A stretch of 64,000 nucleotides of DNA from an uncultured Verrucomicrobiae bacterium (GCA_963828525.1 CAWHEP010000008.1:480001-544000); one strand, 5' to 3'. Positions 11,098 through 23,327 are shown, counted from the first letter of the stretch. The notes: generated from the sequence alone by a model not told the origin. Program-made: numbers and translations.

Positions 11098-11547
11098 CTA
11101 CGCTGATTTAACGGTGATAGCTCCTCCGGCTTTCTCGATCTTCTCGCGAGCCGCCGCGCTGACTTTATCAGCCGTAATGGAGAGCTTCTTGCTAAGATCG
11201 CCGTTGCCGAGAATCTTGATGCCGTCAAAACGGCCACGAATCAGCTTCTTCTCCCGGAGCGCCTTTTCGTCCACGACAGCGCCTTCATCAAAGATATCCA
11301 GAGACTCCAGATTCACCAAAGCGTAGCGGGTCTTGAAGGCGGCGTTGTTAAAACCCCGCTTGGGAAGACGACGAATCAGCGGCATCTGACCGCCTTCAAA
11401 ACCGAGCCGAATACTGCCGCCCGAGCGGGCCTTCTGGCCCTTGTGGCCTTTACCGCTTGTTTTGCCGTGACCGGAGCTTTCGCCGCAGCCGAGACGTTTG
11501 ACCCTGTGCTTGGCGCCGGGCCGGGGTTTTAAGGTATGAAGATTCAT
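11098..11547 (-). CDS. rplO: 50S ribosomal protein L15
   Basis: GHKGQKARSG, FEGGQMPL. Confidence 0.96.
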   Translation of the reverse strand: MNLHTLKPRPGAKHRVKRLGCGESSGHGKTSGKGHKGQKARSGGSIRLGFEGGQMPLIRRLPKRGFNNAAFKTRYALVNLESLDIFDEGAVVDEKALREKKLIRGRFDGIKILGNGDLSKKLSITADKVSAAAREKIEKAGGAITVKSA

Positions 11548-11550
11548 TCG

Positions 11551-12081
11551 TCAGGCTCCCTTGCCGTTACCGCGCAGCGGAATGCCGCGCAATTTAAAAA
11601 TTTCGTCACGCTGACGCAACGCTCCGAGCGCCTCGATCGTCGCCTTCACGACGTTCGCATGATTGCTCGAACCGAGAGACTTTGCCAGCACGTCCTTGAT
11701 GCCAGCAGCTTCGACAACGGCTCTCACCCCGCCACCGGCGATCACACCGGTGCCAGGAGAAGCAGGGCGCAATAGAACCCGTCCTCCCCCAAACTCCCCG
11801 ATAACTTCGTGCGGAATGGTATTCAAATGGACGGCTACCTTTTTCATCGCCTTCTTTGCGGATTCTGATGCCTTGCGAATTGCCTCGGAGACTTCATTGG
11901 CTTTGCCGAAGCCGCAACCCACGCTGCCCTGACGATTTCCCGTCACGATAAGGGCACTGAAGCTGAAGCGGCGTCCGCCTTTGACCACTTTGGCGCAACG
12001 GTTGATGAAGACCACCTTTTCAGAGAGGTCCGATTTTGGCTTATCCGAGCCATGGTCACGTCTATGTCGATTTTCGGCCAT
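11551..12081 (-). CDS. rpsE: 30S ribosomal protein S5
   Basis: [19 protein letters not shown]. Confidence 0.96.
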   Translation of the reverse strand: MAENRHRRDHGSDKPKSDLSEKVVFINRCAKVVKGGRRFSFSALIVTGNRQGSVGCGFGKANEVSEAIRKASESAKKAMKKVAVHLNTIPHEVIGEFGGGRVLLRPASPGTGVIAGGGVRAVVEAAGIKDVLAKSLGSSNHANVVKATIEALGALRQRDEIFKLRGIPLRGNGKGA

Positions 12082-12084
12082 ATA

Positions 12085-12441
12085 TTAAAAATCCAATCCG
12101 GACTCACGGGCCGCATCAGCCAGAGCCTTCACCTTGCCGTGGTAGAGAAATCCACCACGATCAAAAACCACTTTCCCGATATTCTTCTCTTTGCTGCGTT
12201 CAGCAACGAGTTTGCCAACCTTCTGCGCTGTTACCTGGTTGGCGCGGGTTGCTTTGTCCGTTTTGAAAGCCTTCTCCGTAGTGTTCGCGGAAACGAGGGT
12301 TTTACCCACGGTGTCATCCACGACTTGGGCGTAGATATTCTTGCCCGAAAAATGCACAGCGAGACGCGGCCGCTCTGTAGTGCCGGAAATACGCTTGCGA
12401 ATGCGGCGGTGCCTAAGTTTGACTGAAGCGAGAGTAGCCAT
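12085..12441 (-). CDS. rplR: 50S ribosomal protein L18
   Basis: [21 protein letters not shown]. Confidence 0.96.
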   Translation of the reverse strand: MATLASVKLRHRRIRKRISGTTERPRLAVHFSGKNIYAQVVDDTVGKTLVSANTTEKAFKTDKATRANQVTAQKVGKLVAERSKEKNIGKVVFDRGGFLYHGKVKALADAARESGLDF

Positions 12442-12442
12442 A

Positions 12443-12982
12443 TTACTGAACGGTTTTGCCTTCCTTGCGGACGATCTGCTCGCCGGCGTAACGGATGCCT
12501 TTGCCTTTGTAAGGCTCGGGAGGGTAGTAGCCCCGGATATCGGCAGCGACCTGTCCCACCACTTTTTTGTCGATCCCCTCGACTTTGATCTTGGTGTTCT
12601 CGGTCACGGTGATCTTGATCTCCGGCGGGATCGGAAAGAGAACTGGATGGGAGAAACCGAGGCTGAGATTGAGATTCTTGCCTTGGACGGCAGCCTTGAA
12701 ACCGACGCCCTGGATTTCGAGATCGCGCGAAAAACCATTTGAGACCCCGGCGACCATATTAGCAATGAGACTGCGAGAGAGGCCATGCAGCGCCTTCACT
12801 TGACGAGCCTCACCCGCGCGCGCCAATGAAACTTGATTGTCCTTCACGGTGGCGCTGATGCGCTTGGGCAAAGTCCAATGCAGCTTGCCTTTGGGGCCCT
12901 CGACACTTACTTCCCCCTCGCCCGATATATTCAATTTCACCTTGGGAGGGATTTCGATCAATTTATTTCCGATCCTGGACAT
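12443..12982 (-). CDS. rplF: 50S ribosomal protein L6
   Basis: [16 protein letters not shown]. Confidence 0.96.
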   Translation of the reverse strand: MSRIGNKLIEIPPKVKLNISGEGEVSVEGPKGKLHWTLPKRISATVKDNQVSLARAGEARQVKALHGLSRSLIANMVAGVSNGFSRDLEIQGVGFKAAVQGKNLNLSLGFSHPVLFPIPPEIKITVTENTKIKVEGIDKKVVGQVAADIRGYYPPEPYKGKGIRYAGEQIVRKEGKTVQ

Positions 12983-12993
12983 AGAGAGAGTTC

Positions 12994-13392
12994 CTACCAG
13001 ACGTAAGCAAGCAACTCGCCGCCCACGTTCTGTTTTTTCGCTTCCCGGCCGGTCAGAATACCGCGAGGGGTGGAGAGAATCGAAATGCCCATTCCGCCGA
13101 GAACGCGGGGGACTTCAGTTGCGCCTACATAGCGTCGCAAGCCGGGGCGGCTTACCCGCTTCAGTCCAGCGATGACAGGGACGCGATTGATGATTTTATT
13201 CGTGATTTTGATCTGGGGAACTTTGCCAACGGTCTCGAGTTCGTAACCGACGATGTAGCCTTCCTGTTGCAAGATGCGAACGATATCAGCCTTAATCCGG
13301 GAGTAGGGGACGAGGATGTCCACCTTAGCGGCGCGGCTCGCGTTACGGATACGGGTCAGAAGGTCTGCGATGGGATCGGTCAAGGCGCTCAT
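12994..13392 (-). CDS. rpsH: 30S ribosomal protein S8
   Basis: DPIADLLTRIRNA, SRPGLRRY, GGELLAYVW. Confidence 0.96.
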   Translation of the reverse strand: MSALTDPIADLLTRIRNASRAAKVDILVPYSRIKADIVRILQQEGYIVGYELETVGKVPQIKITNKIINRVPVIAGLKRVSRPGLRRYVGATEVPRVLGGMGISILSTPRGILTGREAKKQNVGGELLAYVW

Positions 13393-13397
13393 AATAA

Positions 13398-13964
13398 CTA
13401 GGCTGCTTCGGCGACTTTCTTCGCCTTATCGGTAAATGGCATGCCAAGTTCGCTAAGCAGGGACTTGGCTTCCTCGTTGGTTTTCGCCGAGGTGACAATG
13501 GTGACATCAAAGCCGATATTGCGCTTGATTTTGTCGAGTTCGACTTCCGGGAAAATGGACTGATCAACCACGCCAAGCGTGTAGTTGCCGTTCCCATCAA
13601 AAGCCTTCGGGGAGACGCCACGGAAATCGCGAATCCGCGGGAGGCCAGCCTTGATGAGGCGCTCCAGAAACTCGTACATGCGAGCGCCCCGAAGGGTAAC
13701 CTTCGCGCCGATCGGCTGATCTTTGCGCAGTTTGAAATTCGATATGCTCTTCTTCGCGCGTGTCTCGGCGGGCTTCTGTCCCGTAACCAGCGTCATCTCC
13801 TGTTTGGCGTCCTCGAGAGCCTGCTTAACATCCGTGGCGGAACCAACGGAGGTGTTGACGACGACCTTCTGAACCTTCGGAACCTGATGCAGGTTGGTGT
13901 AACCGTGCTTTTTTTTCAAAGCAGGCACGACGCGCTCCTGATACTCTTTATGCAGTTCAACCAT
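13398..13964 (-). CDS. rplE: 50S ribosomal protein L5
   Basis: TGQKP, KVTLRG, LPRIRDFRG. Confidence 0.96.
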   Translation of the reverse strand: MVELHKEYQERVVPALKKKHGYTNLHQVPKVQKVVVNTSVGSATDVKQALEDAKQEMTLVTGQKPAETRAKKSISNFKLRKDQPIGAKVTLRGARMYEFLERLIKAGLPRIRDFRGVSPKAFDGNGNYTLGVVDQSIFPEVELDKIKRNIGFDVTIVTSAKTNEEAKSLLSELGMPFTDKAKKVAEAA

Positions 13965-13969
13965 ATCCC

Positions 13970-14293
13970 TTACTCGCTTTTCTTAGATTTCTTGGAAGCG
14001 GGCTTCGGAGCGGCCTCTTTTTTCTTCCCCTTATCCTTGTCCTTGGCAGCCTTCCCAGTGGGTTCGACCCTTTTCACATTTGATATATGGATAGGGCCCT
14101 CGCGCTGGATAATGCCGCCCTCGGGCTGATCCTGGGACTTCTTTTGATGCTTCTTGATCAGACGCACGCCTTCGATGACGACCCGGTTCTTCTTGGACAG
14201 CACCTGAAGGATCTTCCCAGTCGCGCCCCGGTGATTGCCGGAAATGACGATGACTTCGTCACCCTTTTTGACATGTGTCTTGAGTCGATTCAT
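13970..14293 (-). CDS. rplX: 50S ribosomal protein L24
   Basis: [18 protein letters not shown]. Confidence 0.95.
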   Translation of the reverse strand: MNRLKTHVKKGDEVIVISGNHRGATGKILQVLSKKNRVVIEGVRLIKKHQKKSQDQPEGGIIQREGPIHISNVKRVEPTGKAAKDKDKGKKKEAAPKPASKKSKKSE

Positions 14294-14655
14294 AAAACTT
14301 CAGGCGCGAGAGAAACGATCTTCATGAAGTTGCGTTCGCGAAGCTCGCGCGCAACTGGGCCGAAAATTCTGGTGCCGCGGGGATTCAGGTCTTTGTCGAT
14401 AATGACGATGGCGTTGTTATCGAAGCGAAGGTAGGAACCATCACTGCGGCGAATGGGCTTGCGTGTGCGCACAACAACCGCGCGAACCACGTCCCCTTTT
14501 TTCACGGTGCCGTTGGCGGATGCCTCCTTAACGTTCGCGGTGATTACGTCACCAATGCCAGCAGAGCGCGTTGACTTGCCAATCACACCGATCATGGTGG
14601 CCATGCGGGCACCCGAGTTGTCGGCAACATCCAATCTGGAACGAATCTGAAGCAT
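14290..14655 (-). CDS. rplN: 50S ribosomal protein L14
   Basis: [20 protein letters not shown]. Confidence 0.96.
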   Translation of the reverse strand: MLQIRSRLDVADNSGARMATMIGVIGKSTRSAGIGDVITANVKEASANGTVKKGDVVRAVVVRTRKPIRRSDGSYLRFDNNAIVIIDKDLNPRGTRIFGPVARELRERNFMKIVSLAPEVL

Positions 14656-14682
14656 AAAAGGGAAAGGGGCGCTAAGTGTAGA

Positions 14683-14979
14683 CTAATGCTTGATGATTTC
14701 AACTATGCGCCAGCGCTTTAATTTGCTGAGCGGTCTTGTCTCCATGATGCGCACGGTATCGCCGACCTGGACCTTGTCCTCTTCGTCGTGGGCATAATAT
14801 TTCTTCACCTGCTTCACGATCTTGCCGAACTTGGCATGAGGCACGCGGGTGACGGATTCCACGATAGCGGTCTTCTTCATCGCGTGTGATACAACAAGAC
14901 CCACTCGGGTCTTGCGAAGCGCGCGATGCAGCTCCTCGGTTTGGGTGGGCGCGGTAGCGGTGGCGGCAGCTTCGGTCAT
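14683..14979 (-). CDS. rpsQ: 30S ribosomal protein S17
   Basis: AHDE, ETRPLSKLKRW. Confidence 0.95.
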   Translation of the reverse strand: MTEAAATATAPTQTEELHRALRKTRVGLVVSHAMKKTAIVESVTRVPHAKFGKIVKQVKKYYAHDEEDKVQVGDTVRIMETRPLSKLKRWRIVEIIKH

Positions 14980-15179
14980 TTGGTCTCCCTGGCCCTGGCG
15001 CGTTGCGACAGAACGGTTTCGATACGAGCTACTTCACGGCGGATTTCACGAAAGCGACTCGGCTTTTCAAGCTGTCCGCTCTGCTGCTGAAGGCGGAGAT
15101 GAAAGCTCTCCTGCCGCAGCTCGTTTTTGCGCGTGGCAAGCTCATCCACGCTCAATTCAATAATTTCTTTCATCTTCAT
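14976..15179 (-). CDS. rpmC: 50S ribosomal protein L29
   Basis: GQLEKP..IRREVARIET; position after rplP. Confidence 0.93.
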   Translation of the reverse strand: MKMKEIIELSVDELATRKNELRQESFHLRLQQQSGQLEKPSRFREIRREVARIETVLSQRARARETK

Positions 15180-15191
15180 AGAAAACCTGGA

Positions 15192-15614
15192 TTAAGCGCC
15201 GATGTGGTGCCGCGTAAGGAACTTGGTCCTGATCGGAAGCTTGGTCGCGGCGAGCCGCAAGGACTCGCGGGCGACGGACTCGGTGACACCATCCAGTTCG
15301 AAAAGAATATTCCCTGGGCGCACGGTGGCGACCCAATATTCGGGCGCGCCTTTGCCCTTGCCCATACGGGTCTCAGGCGGGCGGGATGTAACGGATTTAT
15401 CCGGGAAAATGCGGATCCACAGTTTCCCTTTGCGCTTCATGTTGCGGGTGAGAGCCACACGAGCGGCTTCGATCTGGATATTGGTGATCCACGCGCGCTC
15501 AAGGGTCTGAAGACCGAATTCGCCAAAGTCGATGCGGATGTTCCGCGAAGCGTTACCAGAGCGGCTGCCGCGCTGTGACTTCCGGTACTTGACTCGTTTG
15601 GGCATTAAAGGCAT
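15192..15614 (-). CDS. rplP: 50S ribosomal protein L16
   Basis: QIEAAR, RMGKGKG. Confidence 0.96.
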   Translation of the reverse strand: MPLMPKRVKYRKSQRGSRSGNASRNIRIDFGEFGLQTLERAWITNIQIEAARVALTRNMKRKGKLWIRIFPDKSVTSRPPETRMGKGKGAPEYWVATVRPGNILFELDGVTESVARESLRLAATKLPIRTKFLTRHHIGA

Positions 15615-15626
15615 TTGAGAATCTCC

Positions 15627-16301
15627 TTAAGCGATTGCGGGGGCAGGGGCGGCTTGTTGCTTCTCCTCAGCGAGAACTTCCTCCGGCTTACAGATCCAGC
15701 ATTTGACGCCGATCTTCCCGTAAACAGTATGAGCCTCGGCAAACCCATAGTCGATGGGGGTTCTGAGAGTATGGAGAGGGATCTTGCCTTCGCGGTACCA
15801 TTCCGCGCGGGAAATTTCGGCGCCGCCCAAGCGACCCGACGAACGAATCCGGATACCCTGCGCGCCGAAGTCCATCGTTGTCTGCACGGCCTTCTTCATG
15901 GCGCGTCGGAAGGAAATACGCCGTTCGATCTGAAGGGAAACGTTTTCCGCGACGAGCTGGGCGTCGAGTTCAGGAGTCTTGATTTCCTGAATGTCGATCT
16001 TCACCTGTTTGCCCGCAGACATGCGCCCGATCTCCTCGGTCATCTTCTCGATCTCCGATCCTTTACGTCCGATGACGATTCCAGGACGGGCTGTGAAGAT
16101 GGTGACGCGAATGCTGTTCCAAGCGCGCTCGATGACGATTTTCGAGACGGCAGCCAACTGAAGCTTCTTTTTAACGTACCCGCGAATCTTAAGATCGGCG
16201 TGCAGAAAGTCAGGCAACTCCTTGGGCGACGCGAACCACCTTGAACGCCAGTCGCGATTGAGCGCCAGCCTGTAACCAATAGGATTAACTTTTTGACCCA
16301 T
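15627..16301 (-). CDS. rpsC: 30S ribosomal protein S3
   Basis: [17 protein letters not shown]. Confidence 0.96.
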   Translation of the reverse strand: MGQKVNPIGYRLALNRDWRSRWFASPKELPDFLHADLKIRGYVKKKLQLAAVSKIVIERAWNSIRVTIFTARPGIVIGRKGSEIEKMTEEIGRMSAGKQVKIDIQEIKTPELDAQLVAENVSLQIERRISFRRAMKKAVQTTMDFGAQGIRIRSSGRLGGAEISRAEWYREGKIPLHTLRTPIDYGFAEAHTVYGKIGVKCWICKPEEVLAEEKQQAAPAPAIA

Positions 16302-16306
16302 AAAAT

Positions 16307-16834
16307 CTATTCTTCCGCAGTCTTGGTAGTCTCTGCCGTGTCCGCAGGATTCACTGTTGTTTGCTCAGGCGCGACAGGGGTTGGGGCTGGCGCCTCCTGA
16401 GGCGCCGCTGGTTTGGATGCCTTTACCGCCGCCTGTTTTGGGCGGGGAGATTTCCGGGTCGCCTTGGAGGCGAGTCGCCTCGATTCCCGCGTCACGATCT
16501 TAACTTCGTCGGTGAGAACAATGCGGATATGACTCGTCCGCTTTCTGATCGGGCCGGCGCTGCCTCTCGCCTTGGGCTGCGACCTCTTCAGGGTAGGGCC
16601 TTCGCCGATCGTTGCTTCCTTCACCACCAAGGTATCCGCGCGAAGCTCGTTGTTATTCTCCGCGTTGGCAATGGCGCTCTTCAGCGTCTTCTCAATCATC
16701 GCCGCGGCTTTCTTCGGGCTGAAGCGCACGATATCGAGCGCAGCCGCGACCGGAAGGCCTTGTATCTCGCGGGTTACCTCGCGCGCCTTGAAAGCGGAGA
16801 TGCGGGCATACTTGTAAGTAGAAATAATGTGCAT
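16307..16834 (-). CDS. rplV: 50S ribosomal protein L22 with C-terminal extension
   Basis: [19 protein letters not shown]. Confidence 0.95.
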   Translation of the reverse strand: MHIISTYKYARISAFKAREVTREIQGLPVAAALDIVRFSPKKAAAMIEKTLKSAIANAENNNELRADTLVVKEATIGEGPTLKRSQPKARGSAGPIRKRTSHIRIVLTDEVKIVTRESRRLASKATRKSPRPKQAAVKASKPAAPQEAPAPTPVAPEQTTVNPADTAETTKTAEE

Positions 16835-16845
16835 TGCCAATGTCC

Positions 16846-17652
16846 TCAGCGCGCGTCCACCCGAAGGCGGTCACCCACTCTAATTTTTTGCTTATCCGAA
16901 AGATCCTGAATCACAGCTCCGGCGATTTTCTCGCGCACATCCACGACGCGCACCAACGCGATCCTGTTGTCTCCGCGCCAGACTTGGAATGGCATGCCCA
17001 TCCTGACGCCCTGAGTTGACCCCAAATTAGCGACCACGAGGGCAAACTCTTCCTTCACGCTAATGACCATACCGTCGGTCAGCGTTGCCGGCACAGGAGC
17101 TGCCTCGACGGCCTGTGGTTTTACCCCAAGCACTTCACTGGTAGCTCGCATCTGCTGCTCCACCTGCATCCGGGCATCCGCGTTGGTTGTAACGGCACTC
17201 TTCACGAAGCGGACAATTGTTTCACTCAGGCGGAGCAACTGTTCGGCGAGCCGATCTTTATCGGATTGCGCCAAACGAAGATCGCTGACCGCTTTGAGCA
17301 GGCGCTGTTCAAGCTTGCCCTTGTCGCCACCCGCATCCAACCCAAGCGCCTCCAGACGCATCTTGAGTTCACCGCACTGCCTTCGGAATACCTCCGCTTC
17401 GCTGTTGGAAATAGCAAGGCTCTCGGTTACGGCCCGCAGTTGGGCGCGCGCCTCATCCACCTGCCGATGCAGCGCCTGGTTTTCCGTAGTCACCGCGTCG
17501 AGGGTCAGCTTCGCCTCAGAAAACTCAATATCGAGATTGCCCGAGTCTTTTTGACCTGCGGCGAGCGACATTGAAGATGGAAGTGAAACAGCGAACATTG
17601 CGATTATGAGTCCACGGAGCGCAACCGGAACGGCTCTGGCTCGGGACAACAT
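16846..17652 (-). CDS. exported coiled-coil hypothetical protein inside the S10 operon
   Basis: N-terminal hydrophobic signal, long heptad-like region, C-terminal beta domain (VVANLG..GVRMG, IRVGD); 13 nt after rpsS and 11 nt before rplV. Confidence 0.8.
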   Translation of the reverse strand: MLSRARAVPVALRGLIIAMFAVSLPSSMSLAAGQKDSGNLDIEFSEAKLTLDAVTTENQALHRQVDEARAQLRAVTESLAISNSEAEVFRRQCGELKMRLEALGLDAGGDKGKLEQRLLKAVSDLRLAQSDKDRLAEQLLRLSETIVRFVKSAVTTNADARMQVEQQMRATSEVLGVKPQAVEAAPVPATLTDGMVISVKEEFALVVANLGSTQGVRMGMPFQVWRGDNRIALVRVVDVREKIAGAVIQDLSDKQKIRVGDRLRVDAR

Positions 17653-17665
17653 CTTGTTGTTAGAC

Positions 17666-17944
17666 CTATTTAGTCACCTTTGCCGTGTGAGACCCGTGCT
17701 TTTTGAACACTCGGGTGGGCGAGAATTCGCCAAGCTTGTGGCCAACCATGTTTTCGGTCACGAAAACCGAATTGAAGATTTTGCCGTTATGGACCAGGAA
17801 GGTATGGCCAACGAAATCGGGCGTAATCGTCGAGCGCCGAGACCAGGTCTTGATCGGCTTCTTCGCGCCAGTTTCGATCTGCTTATCGATCTTCTCGAGC
17901 AGATGCATATCAACAAAGGGACCTTTTTTTAACGATCTACCCAT
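17666..17944 (-). CDS. rpsS: 30S ribosomal protein S19
   Basis: [17 protein letters not shown]. Confidence 0.96.
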   Translation of the reverse strand: MGRSLKKGPFVDMHLLEKIDKQIETGAKKPIKTWSRRSTITPDFVGHTFLVHNGKIFNSVFVTENMVGHKLGEFSPTRVFKKHGSHTAKVTK

Positions 17945-17947
17945 AAA

Positions 17948-18791
17948 CTACTTCTTTGCCTTGCGACGCGACACGATGAAGCGGTTGCTCGGTTTGTGTT
18001 TCCTGCGTGTTTTGAAGCCTTTGGCCAATTGACCCCACGGGCTGACAGGATGATGACGACCGCCACCACCCTTGCTCTTGCCCTGGCCGCCACCATTCGG
18101 GTGATCGACCGGATTCATTACCATGCCACGGACATGCGGACGGCGTCCGAGCCAGCGGGTGCGTCCCGCCTTGCCGCTCGATACGTTCATGTGATCGATA
18201 TTGCCGACCTGTCCGATCGTGGCGTAAGCGTTCTCGTCAATGCGACGAATTTCACCGGAGGGCATTTTGACCAGAGCATAACCGGCTTCGCGGTTGTTGA
18301 GCATGGCCTGCTGCCCGGCTCTCCGCGCGACCTGACCACCCCGGCCAGCCACCAACTCGACATTGTGAATACCCGTGCCGAGAGGGATCGCCTTTAGCGG
18401 AAGAGCATTACCAAGCTTCCGGAGGCGCATTCTCACCGGCGGATACCTTGTTGCCAACTCCTAGACCAGCCGGCGCCAGGATATAGCTTTTCTCGCCGTC
18501 AGGATAAGAGATCAAAGCGATACGCGCCGAGCGGTTGGGATCATACTCGATCGCAATGACCTCAGCTACGACGTCGCGCTTGCGGCGTTTGAAGTCTACA
18601 AGGCGGTATTTCTGCTTGTGGCCACCGCCAATGTGCCTGGACGTCATCCGTCCGTAGTGGTTACGTCCGCCTGTCTTCTTGAGAGTCTCTACAAGTTTTT
18701 TCTCAGGCTTGATCTTGGTGATCTCGTCGAATTTCGGGAGCGCCTTGAAGCGCTGCACCGGGGTCAACGGTCTGAAAGTCTTGATTGCCAT
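17948..18791 (-). CDS. rplB: 50S ribosomal protein L2 (frameshift near 18415, probable sequencing error)
   Basis: EYDPNRSA in one frame, MNPVDHP in the next. Confidence 0.93.
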
Positions 18792-18797
18792 AATCGT

Positions 18798-19085
18798 TTA
18801 CGCGAAGTCGATCTTCTCGCCTTCCTTTAATGTCACGATGGCCTTCTTCCAGTGAGGTCTGCGCCCAAAACTGGCCTTGCGCTTATCACGCTTCGTCTTG
18901 CCAGCGTAGTTGCAGGTGTTCACATCGATGACCTTCTTCTTAAAAAGAGCTTCGATCGCGGCCTTGATCTGAACTTTGTTCGCGCGAGGGCTCACACGGA
19001 AAACATACTTGTTATACTTCTCGGCAAGGAGGGTGCCCTTTTCAGTGAGGAGCGCCCGTTGTACTAGATCATAAGGCTCGTTCAT
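18798..19085 (-). CDS. rplW: 50S ribosomal protein L23
   Basis: [11 protein letters not shown]. Confidence 0.95.
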   Translation of the reverse strand: MNEPYDLVQRALLTEKGTLLAEKYNKYVFRVSPRANKVQIKAAIEALFKKKVIDVNTCNYAGKTKRDKRKASFGRRPHWKKAIVTLKEGEKIDFA

Positions 19086-19691
19086 TGGGTCCTTTCGGCC
19101 AACTGGGAGAGGCCTTTTTCAGTTATCAGGATCTTCCTGTAAGCCAGAAGCTGCTCGGTATTGACGTCGCGAGCGTTCAGCAGAAGAGCTGGCTGCACGT
19201 TACGAGCGGCGCGGAATGTGTTTAGATCGAAGGCATCGGAAAGGATCAGCACTTTTTCCTCGGGAGTGTGTCCTTTAGGAGGGAGACAAACGACTTCGTC
19301 TTCGGCTCGCTGACAAGGAATGAATCGACAAGCAGAACATCTCCCGCGGCTATGCGAGCGGTGAGAGCCTTTGCGGAGCGCGAGACGTTTCACCGATTTC
19401 GGAACCTTCTTGGAATAATCGCGAGGCTTCGGGCCGAATACGACGCCACCACCAACCCAGACCGGAGAGCCCGCGCTACCGGCGCGCGCGCGTCCGGTGC
19501 CTTTTTGACGCCAGGGCTTGCGACCTGAGCGGTTCACTTCGGCCTTCGTCTTGCAATTGGCTGATCCGCTGCGACGAGCAGCCTGAAGCGCAACGACAAC
19601 GTCATGAACAGCCTGTGTGCCTTGTCCGGATTCGACCAATTCACACTTCGCCTCTTTGGCAGCTTCGATTGTTAAGAATGCGTGCGCTCAT
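19082..19691 (-). CDS. rplD: 50S ribosomal protein L4 (several indels, probable sequencing errors)
   Basis: [25 protein letters not shown] at 19691. Confidence 0.9.
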
Positions 19692-19694
19692 AAA

Positions 19695-20341
19695 TCAGGC
19701 AGTGACAACCCGGATGTTTCTTTGCGGGGCGAACAACGACGTAGCTGCCGTTGGCTCCCGGCACGGCCCCAGTGACGAGGAGAACGTTATCGGACTCGCG
19801 GACCTGGAGAACCTTGAGGTTCTGGACGGTGACCCGTCTCGTCGCCCATGTGTCCGGGCATGCCCATGTTCTTCCAAACCCGGCCCGGGGTTGAGCGATT
19901 TCCGATCGCACCGTTTCGGCGATGCATCATGGAACCGTGCGAAGCGCCCTGGCCCTCGAAATTATGCTTCTTCATGACGCCTTGGAAACCTTTGCCCTTG
20001 GACTGGCCAATGACGTCCACAAACTGACCGGCCTGAAACGCGGTAACCTTGAAATCGAGCGACTCAGCAGGAGCATCCTCGGGAAGCCTAAACTCCTGAA
20101 CCAGTTTCTTGGGCTCCGCGCCAGCCTTCTTGAAATGCCCCATCATTGCGCTCGGAATGCGGGACTCTTTCTGGGTGTCGAAACCCACCTGGGCCGCAGA
20201 GTAGCCGTCGTGTTCCTTCGTCTTAACCTGAAGCAAAGCGTTACCGCCAACGGCAATTACCGTCACGGCAGTCGCGTTACCCTTCGCGTCATAGACGCGA
20301 GTCATCCCAACTTTTTTACCTAAAAGGCCGAGTGTGCTCAT
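19695..20341 (-). CDS. rplC: 50S ribosomal protein L3 (frameshifts near 3' end)
   Basis: GKKVGMT, KGKGFQG, MPGHMG, then VTVQNL..GAVPG in another frame. Confidence 0.92.
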
Positions 20342-20343
20342 GG

Positions 20344-20655
20344 TCAGATCTTTATGGTGATGTCGACACCGGCCGGGAGATTAAGCTTCTTGAGTTCATC
20401 CACTGTCTTGGCTGTGGGCTCAATGATGTCCAACAGTCGCTTGTGCGTGCGAATCTCGAATTGCTCCATTGATTTTTTGTCAACGTGCGGGGAGCGATTG
20501 ACCGTAAACTTCTCGATGCGAGTGGGCAGCGGAATGGGCCCGGCAACTTTCGCGCCCGTGCGTTTGGCCGTCTCGACAATCTCCGCGGAGGATTGGTCGA
20601 GCATCCGAAAATCGAATGCTTTGAGTCTGATGCGAATTCGCTGTCCGTTAGTCAT
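20344..20655 (-). CDS. rpsJ: 30S ribosomal protein S10
   Basis: [22 protein letters not shown]. Confidence 0.97.
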   Translation of the reverse strand: MTNGQRIRIRLKAFDFRMLDQSSAEIVETAKRTGAKVAGPIPLPTRIEKFTVNRSPHVDKKSMEQFEIRTHKRLLDIIEPTAKTVDELKKLNLPAGVDITIKI

Positions 20656-20670
20656 AAAAGTATAGCCGAA

Positions 20671-22854
20671 TCAGGGATTCTTCTGGTCGAGAACGGCAGC
20701 GAGCACCTGAGCGGGAACCTGCTCGAAATGCGAAGGCTCCATTGAATAAGCGGCGCGTCCCTTGGACAGCGAACGGATGGCGGTCGCATAGCCAAACATT
20801 TCGGCGAGAGGCACCTCTGCATTACAATGGGTCGCGATTCCCTTGGTTTCGATGCTTATGATTTTACCGCGCCGACGATTTAGATCGCCGAGAATGTCAC
20901 CCTGATATTCATCCGGGGTGATACATTCCACCTTCATAATGGGCTCGAGAAGGATAGGCTTTGCCTTTTTGAAGCCATCTTTCATGGCGAAAATTGCAGC
21001 CATCTTGAACGCGAGTTCGTTGGAGTCGACGTCGTGGTAAGAGCCGTCAATAATCTGAACGTCGACATCAATTACGGGATACCCTCCCACGACACCGTTC
21101 AGCACGGCCTCTTCAATACCCTTCTTGCACGCGGGAATGTATTCCTTCGGAATGGTTCCGCCGACAACCTTGTTCTCTATTGTCAGACCTTTGCCACGTT
21201 CGCTGGGGGCGACGTTCACAATAACGTGACCGTACTGTCCACGACCGCCGGATTGCTTGATCAGCTTGCCTTCGCCTGTCGCGGCCAGGGTGATTGTTTC
21301 GCGGTAAGCGATCTGAGGTTTGCCAGCGTTTGCGTCCACCTTGAACTCCCGGAACATGCGATCCCGGATAATCTCGAGATGAAGCTCGCCCATTCCGGCG
21401 ATGATTGTCTGACCAGTATCCTCGTTTGTGAAGACGCGGAAGGTTGGATCTTCTTCAGCGAGACGCTGAAGGGCGTTGGACATTTTTTCCTGATCGAGCT
21501 TTGTCTTCGGCTCGATGGCCATGGAGATAACGGGGTCGGGGAAGGAAGGTGGCTCAAGAAGGATTGGATGATCCTCATCGCAGAGAGTGTCTCCCGTCGT
21601 AAGGTTCTTGATGCCGACGATTGCAGCGATGTCCCCCGCGTAACAGGTGTCGATGTCGGTGCGCTTATCCGCCTGAATCTGAATGAGGCGGCTGATGCGC
21701 TCGCGTTTGTTTGTGCGCGGATTATAAACAGTGTCGCCCTTGGAGAGGGTGCCGGAATATACGCGGAAGAAAACAAGCTTGCCTACGAACGGATCGCTCC
21801 AAAGTTTGAATGCAAGGGAACAGAAAGTGCCATTATCGTCGGTGGGCGCGTCAATCTTTTCGCCAGTATCAGGGTTCTGGCCGACGGCAGCCGGGATGTC
21901 GAGAGGGCTCGGGAGATAATCGACAACCGCGTCAATGAGGTACTGAACACCCTTATTTTTAAGAGCGGTGCCGGCGACTACCGGAACGAACTTGTTGGCG
22001 ATTGTCTGGCGGCGAATGCCCGCCTTGAGAGCCTGGATCGTAATCGGCTTCTCCTCCAGGAAGAGCATTCCCACTTCCTCATCCAGATCGGCGATGACGC
22101 CGACCAGATTAGCGTAGGCCTCATCAGCCGCATCCTGCTCTTCGGCGGGAATGTCGGTGATCTGGTAGGTCGAACCAAAATCATCGCTGTCCGCGTAAAG
22201 GATGGCCTTTTTGTTGATGATATCGATCTGACCTTTGAAGGTGTCTTCCTTGCCAACCGGGAGCAAGACCGGCCACGCGTTGGCGCCGAGCTTCTTGCGC
22301 ATGTCGTCGATGGCGTTCGCGAAATTTGCTCCGACGCGATCCATCTTATTAATGAAGGCAATGCGAGGAACGTTATACTTGTTGGCCTGACGCCAGACAG
22401 TCTCGGACTGTGGCTGGACTCCAGCAACAGCGTCAAAAACAGCAATGGCCCCATCCAGCACGCGAAGGGAACGCTCGACCTCAGCGGTGAAGTCCACGTG
22501 TCCGGGAGTGTCGATGATATTGATACGCTGCTTGATGCCTTCGAAAGTCTTGTAGACCCCCTCCTCGGGGCGTTGCATCCATGAACAGGTGGTCGCGGCG
22601 GAGGTGATGGTGATGCCGCGTTCGCGCTCCTGCTCCATCCAATCGGTAACTGTGGTGCCGTCATGCACCTCACCGATCTTGTGGATCATGCCGGTGTAGA
22701 AAAGGACACGCTCGGTGAGCGTCGTCTTGCCCGCGTCGATGTGAGCGGCGATCCCGATGTTACGGGTTCTCTCCAGAGGGAAGTCGCGATCTGGCGAATT
22801 CGGGTTGGACACAGGCTTGGTTTCGAGGGTGGCTGACATTTTCTCGGTTACCAT
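20671..22854 (-). CDS. fusA: elongation factor G
   Basis: [34 protein letters not shown]. Confidence 0.97.
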   Translation of the reverse strand: MVTEKMSATLETKPVSNPNSPDRDFPLERTRNIGIAAHIDAGKTTLTERVLFYTGMIHKIGEVHDGTTVTDWMEQERERGITITSAATTCSWMQRPEEGVYKTFEGIKQRINIIDTPGHVDFTAEVERSLRVLDGAIAVFDAVAGVQPQSETVWRQANKYNVPRIAFINKMDRVGANFANAIDDMRKKLGANAWPVLLPVGKEDTFKGQIDIINKKAILYADSDDFGSTYQITDIPAEEQDAADEAYANLVGVIADLDEEVGMLFLEEKPITIQALKAGIRRQTIANKFVPVVAGTALKNKGVQYLIDAVVDYLPSPLDIPAAVGQNPDTGEKIDAPTDDNGTFCSLAFKLWSDPFVGKLVFFRVYSGTLSKGDTVYNPRTNKRERISRLIQIQADKRTDIDTCYAGDIAAIVGIKNLTTGDTLCDEDHPILLEPPSFPDPVISMAIEPKTKLDQEKMSNALQRLAEEDPTFRVFTNEDTGQTIIAGMGELHLEIIRDRMFREFKVDANAGKPQIAYRETITLAATGEGKLIKQSGGRGQYGHVIVNVAPSERGKGLTIENKVVGGTIPKEYIPACKKGIEEAVLNGVVGGYPVIDVDVQIIDGSYHDVDSNELAFKMAAIFAMKDGFKKAKPILLEPIMKVECITPDEYQGDILGDLNRRRGKIISIETKGIATHCNAEVPLAEMFGYATAIRSLSKGRAAYSMEPSHFEQVPAQVLAAVLDQKNP

Positions 22855-23321
22855 CTAAAGTGAGCAAAGGCGCGATTTGCCTGCGCCATCTTGTGGGTAT
22901 CGTCGCGCTTTTTGATGGCGCTCCCCTGCCCTGCCGCGGCGTCTTTGAGTTCACCGGCCAGAGCGTCCATCATGGGCACGTTTTTACGGGATTGCGCGTA
23001 ATTGACGATCCAGCGCATCGCGAGGGAAATCTGCCGCGAGGACGGAACTTCCATCGGCACCTGGTAGGTGGCGCCGCCAACACGCCGGGATTTTACTTCC
23101 AGGCGGGGCTTCACGTTATCGAGCGCCTTGTGGAGAGTTTCGAGAGGATCAACGGCATCAGTGCCCTGGCGGGACTTCTCGATGGCGGTATAGACGATGC
23201 GCTCCGCGAGCGACTTTTTACCGTCCTGCATGACGGTGCTGATGAGTTGAGCCACAACAGGGCTGCCGTAACGGCCATCCAGCTTGGCGATCTTCTTATA
23301 AACTTTGCGTCTGCGAGACAT
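22848..23321 (-). CDS. rpsG: 30S ribosomal protein S7
   Basis: [22 protein letters not shown]. Confidence 0.97.
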   Translation of the reverse strand: MSRRRKVYKKIAKLDGRYGSPVVAQLISTVMQDGKKSLAERIVYTAIEKSRQGTDAVDPLETLHKALDNVKPRLEVKSRRVGGATYQVPMEVPSSRQISLAMRWIVNYAQSRKNVPMMDALAGELKDAAAGQGSAIKKRDDTHKMAQANRAFAHFRW

Positions 23322-23327
23322 ACGTTT

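Noticed and set aside
18408..18457. Programmed frameshifting in rplB or cartridges
   Set aside because: No shared slippery motif; positions differ between paralogs; consistent with sequencing indels
21034..22584. Long antisense ORFs over fusA, secY, rpsD and IS genes
   Set aside because: Shadow frames of GC-rich coding sequence with no recognisable motifs
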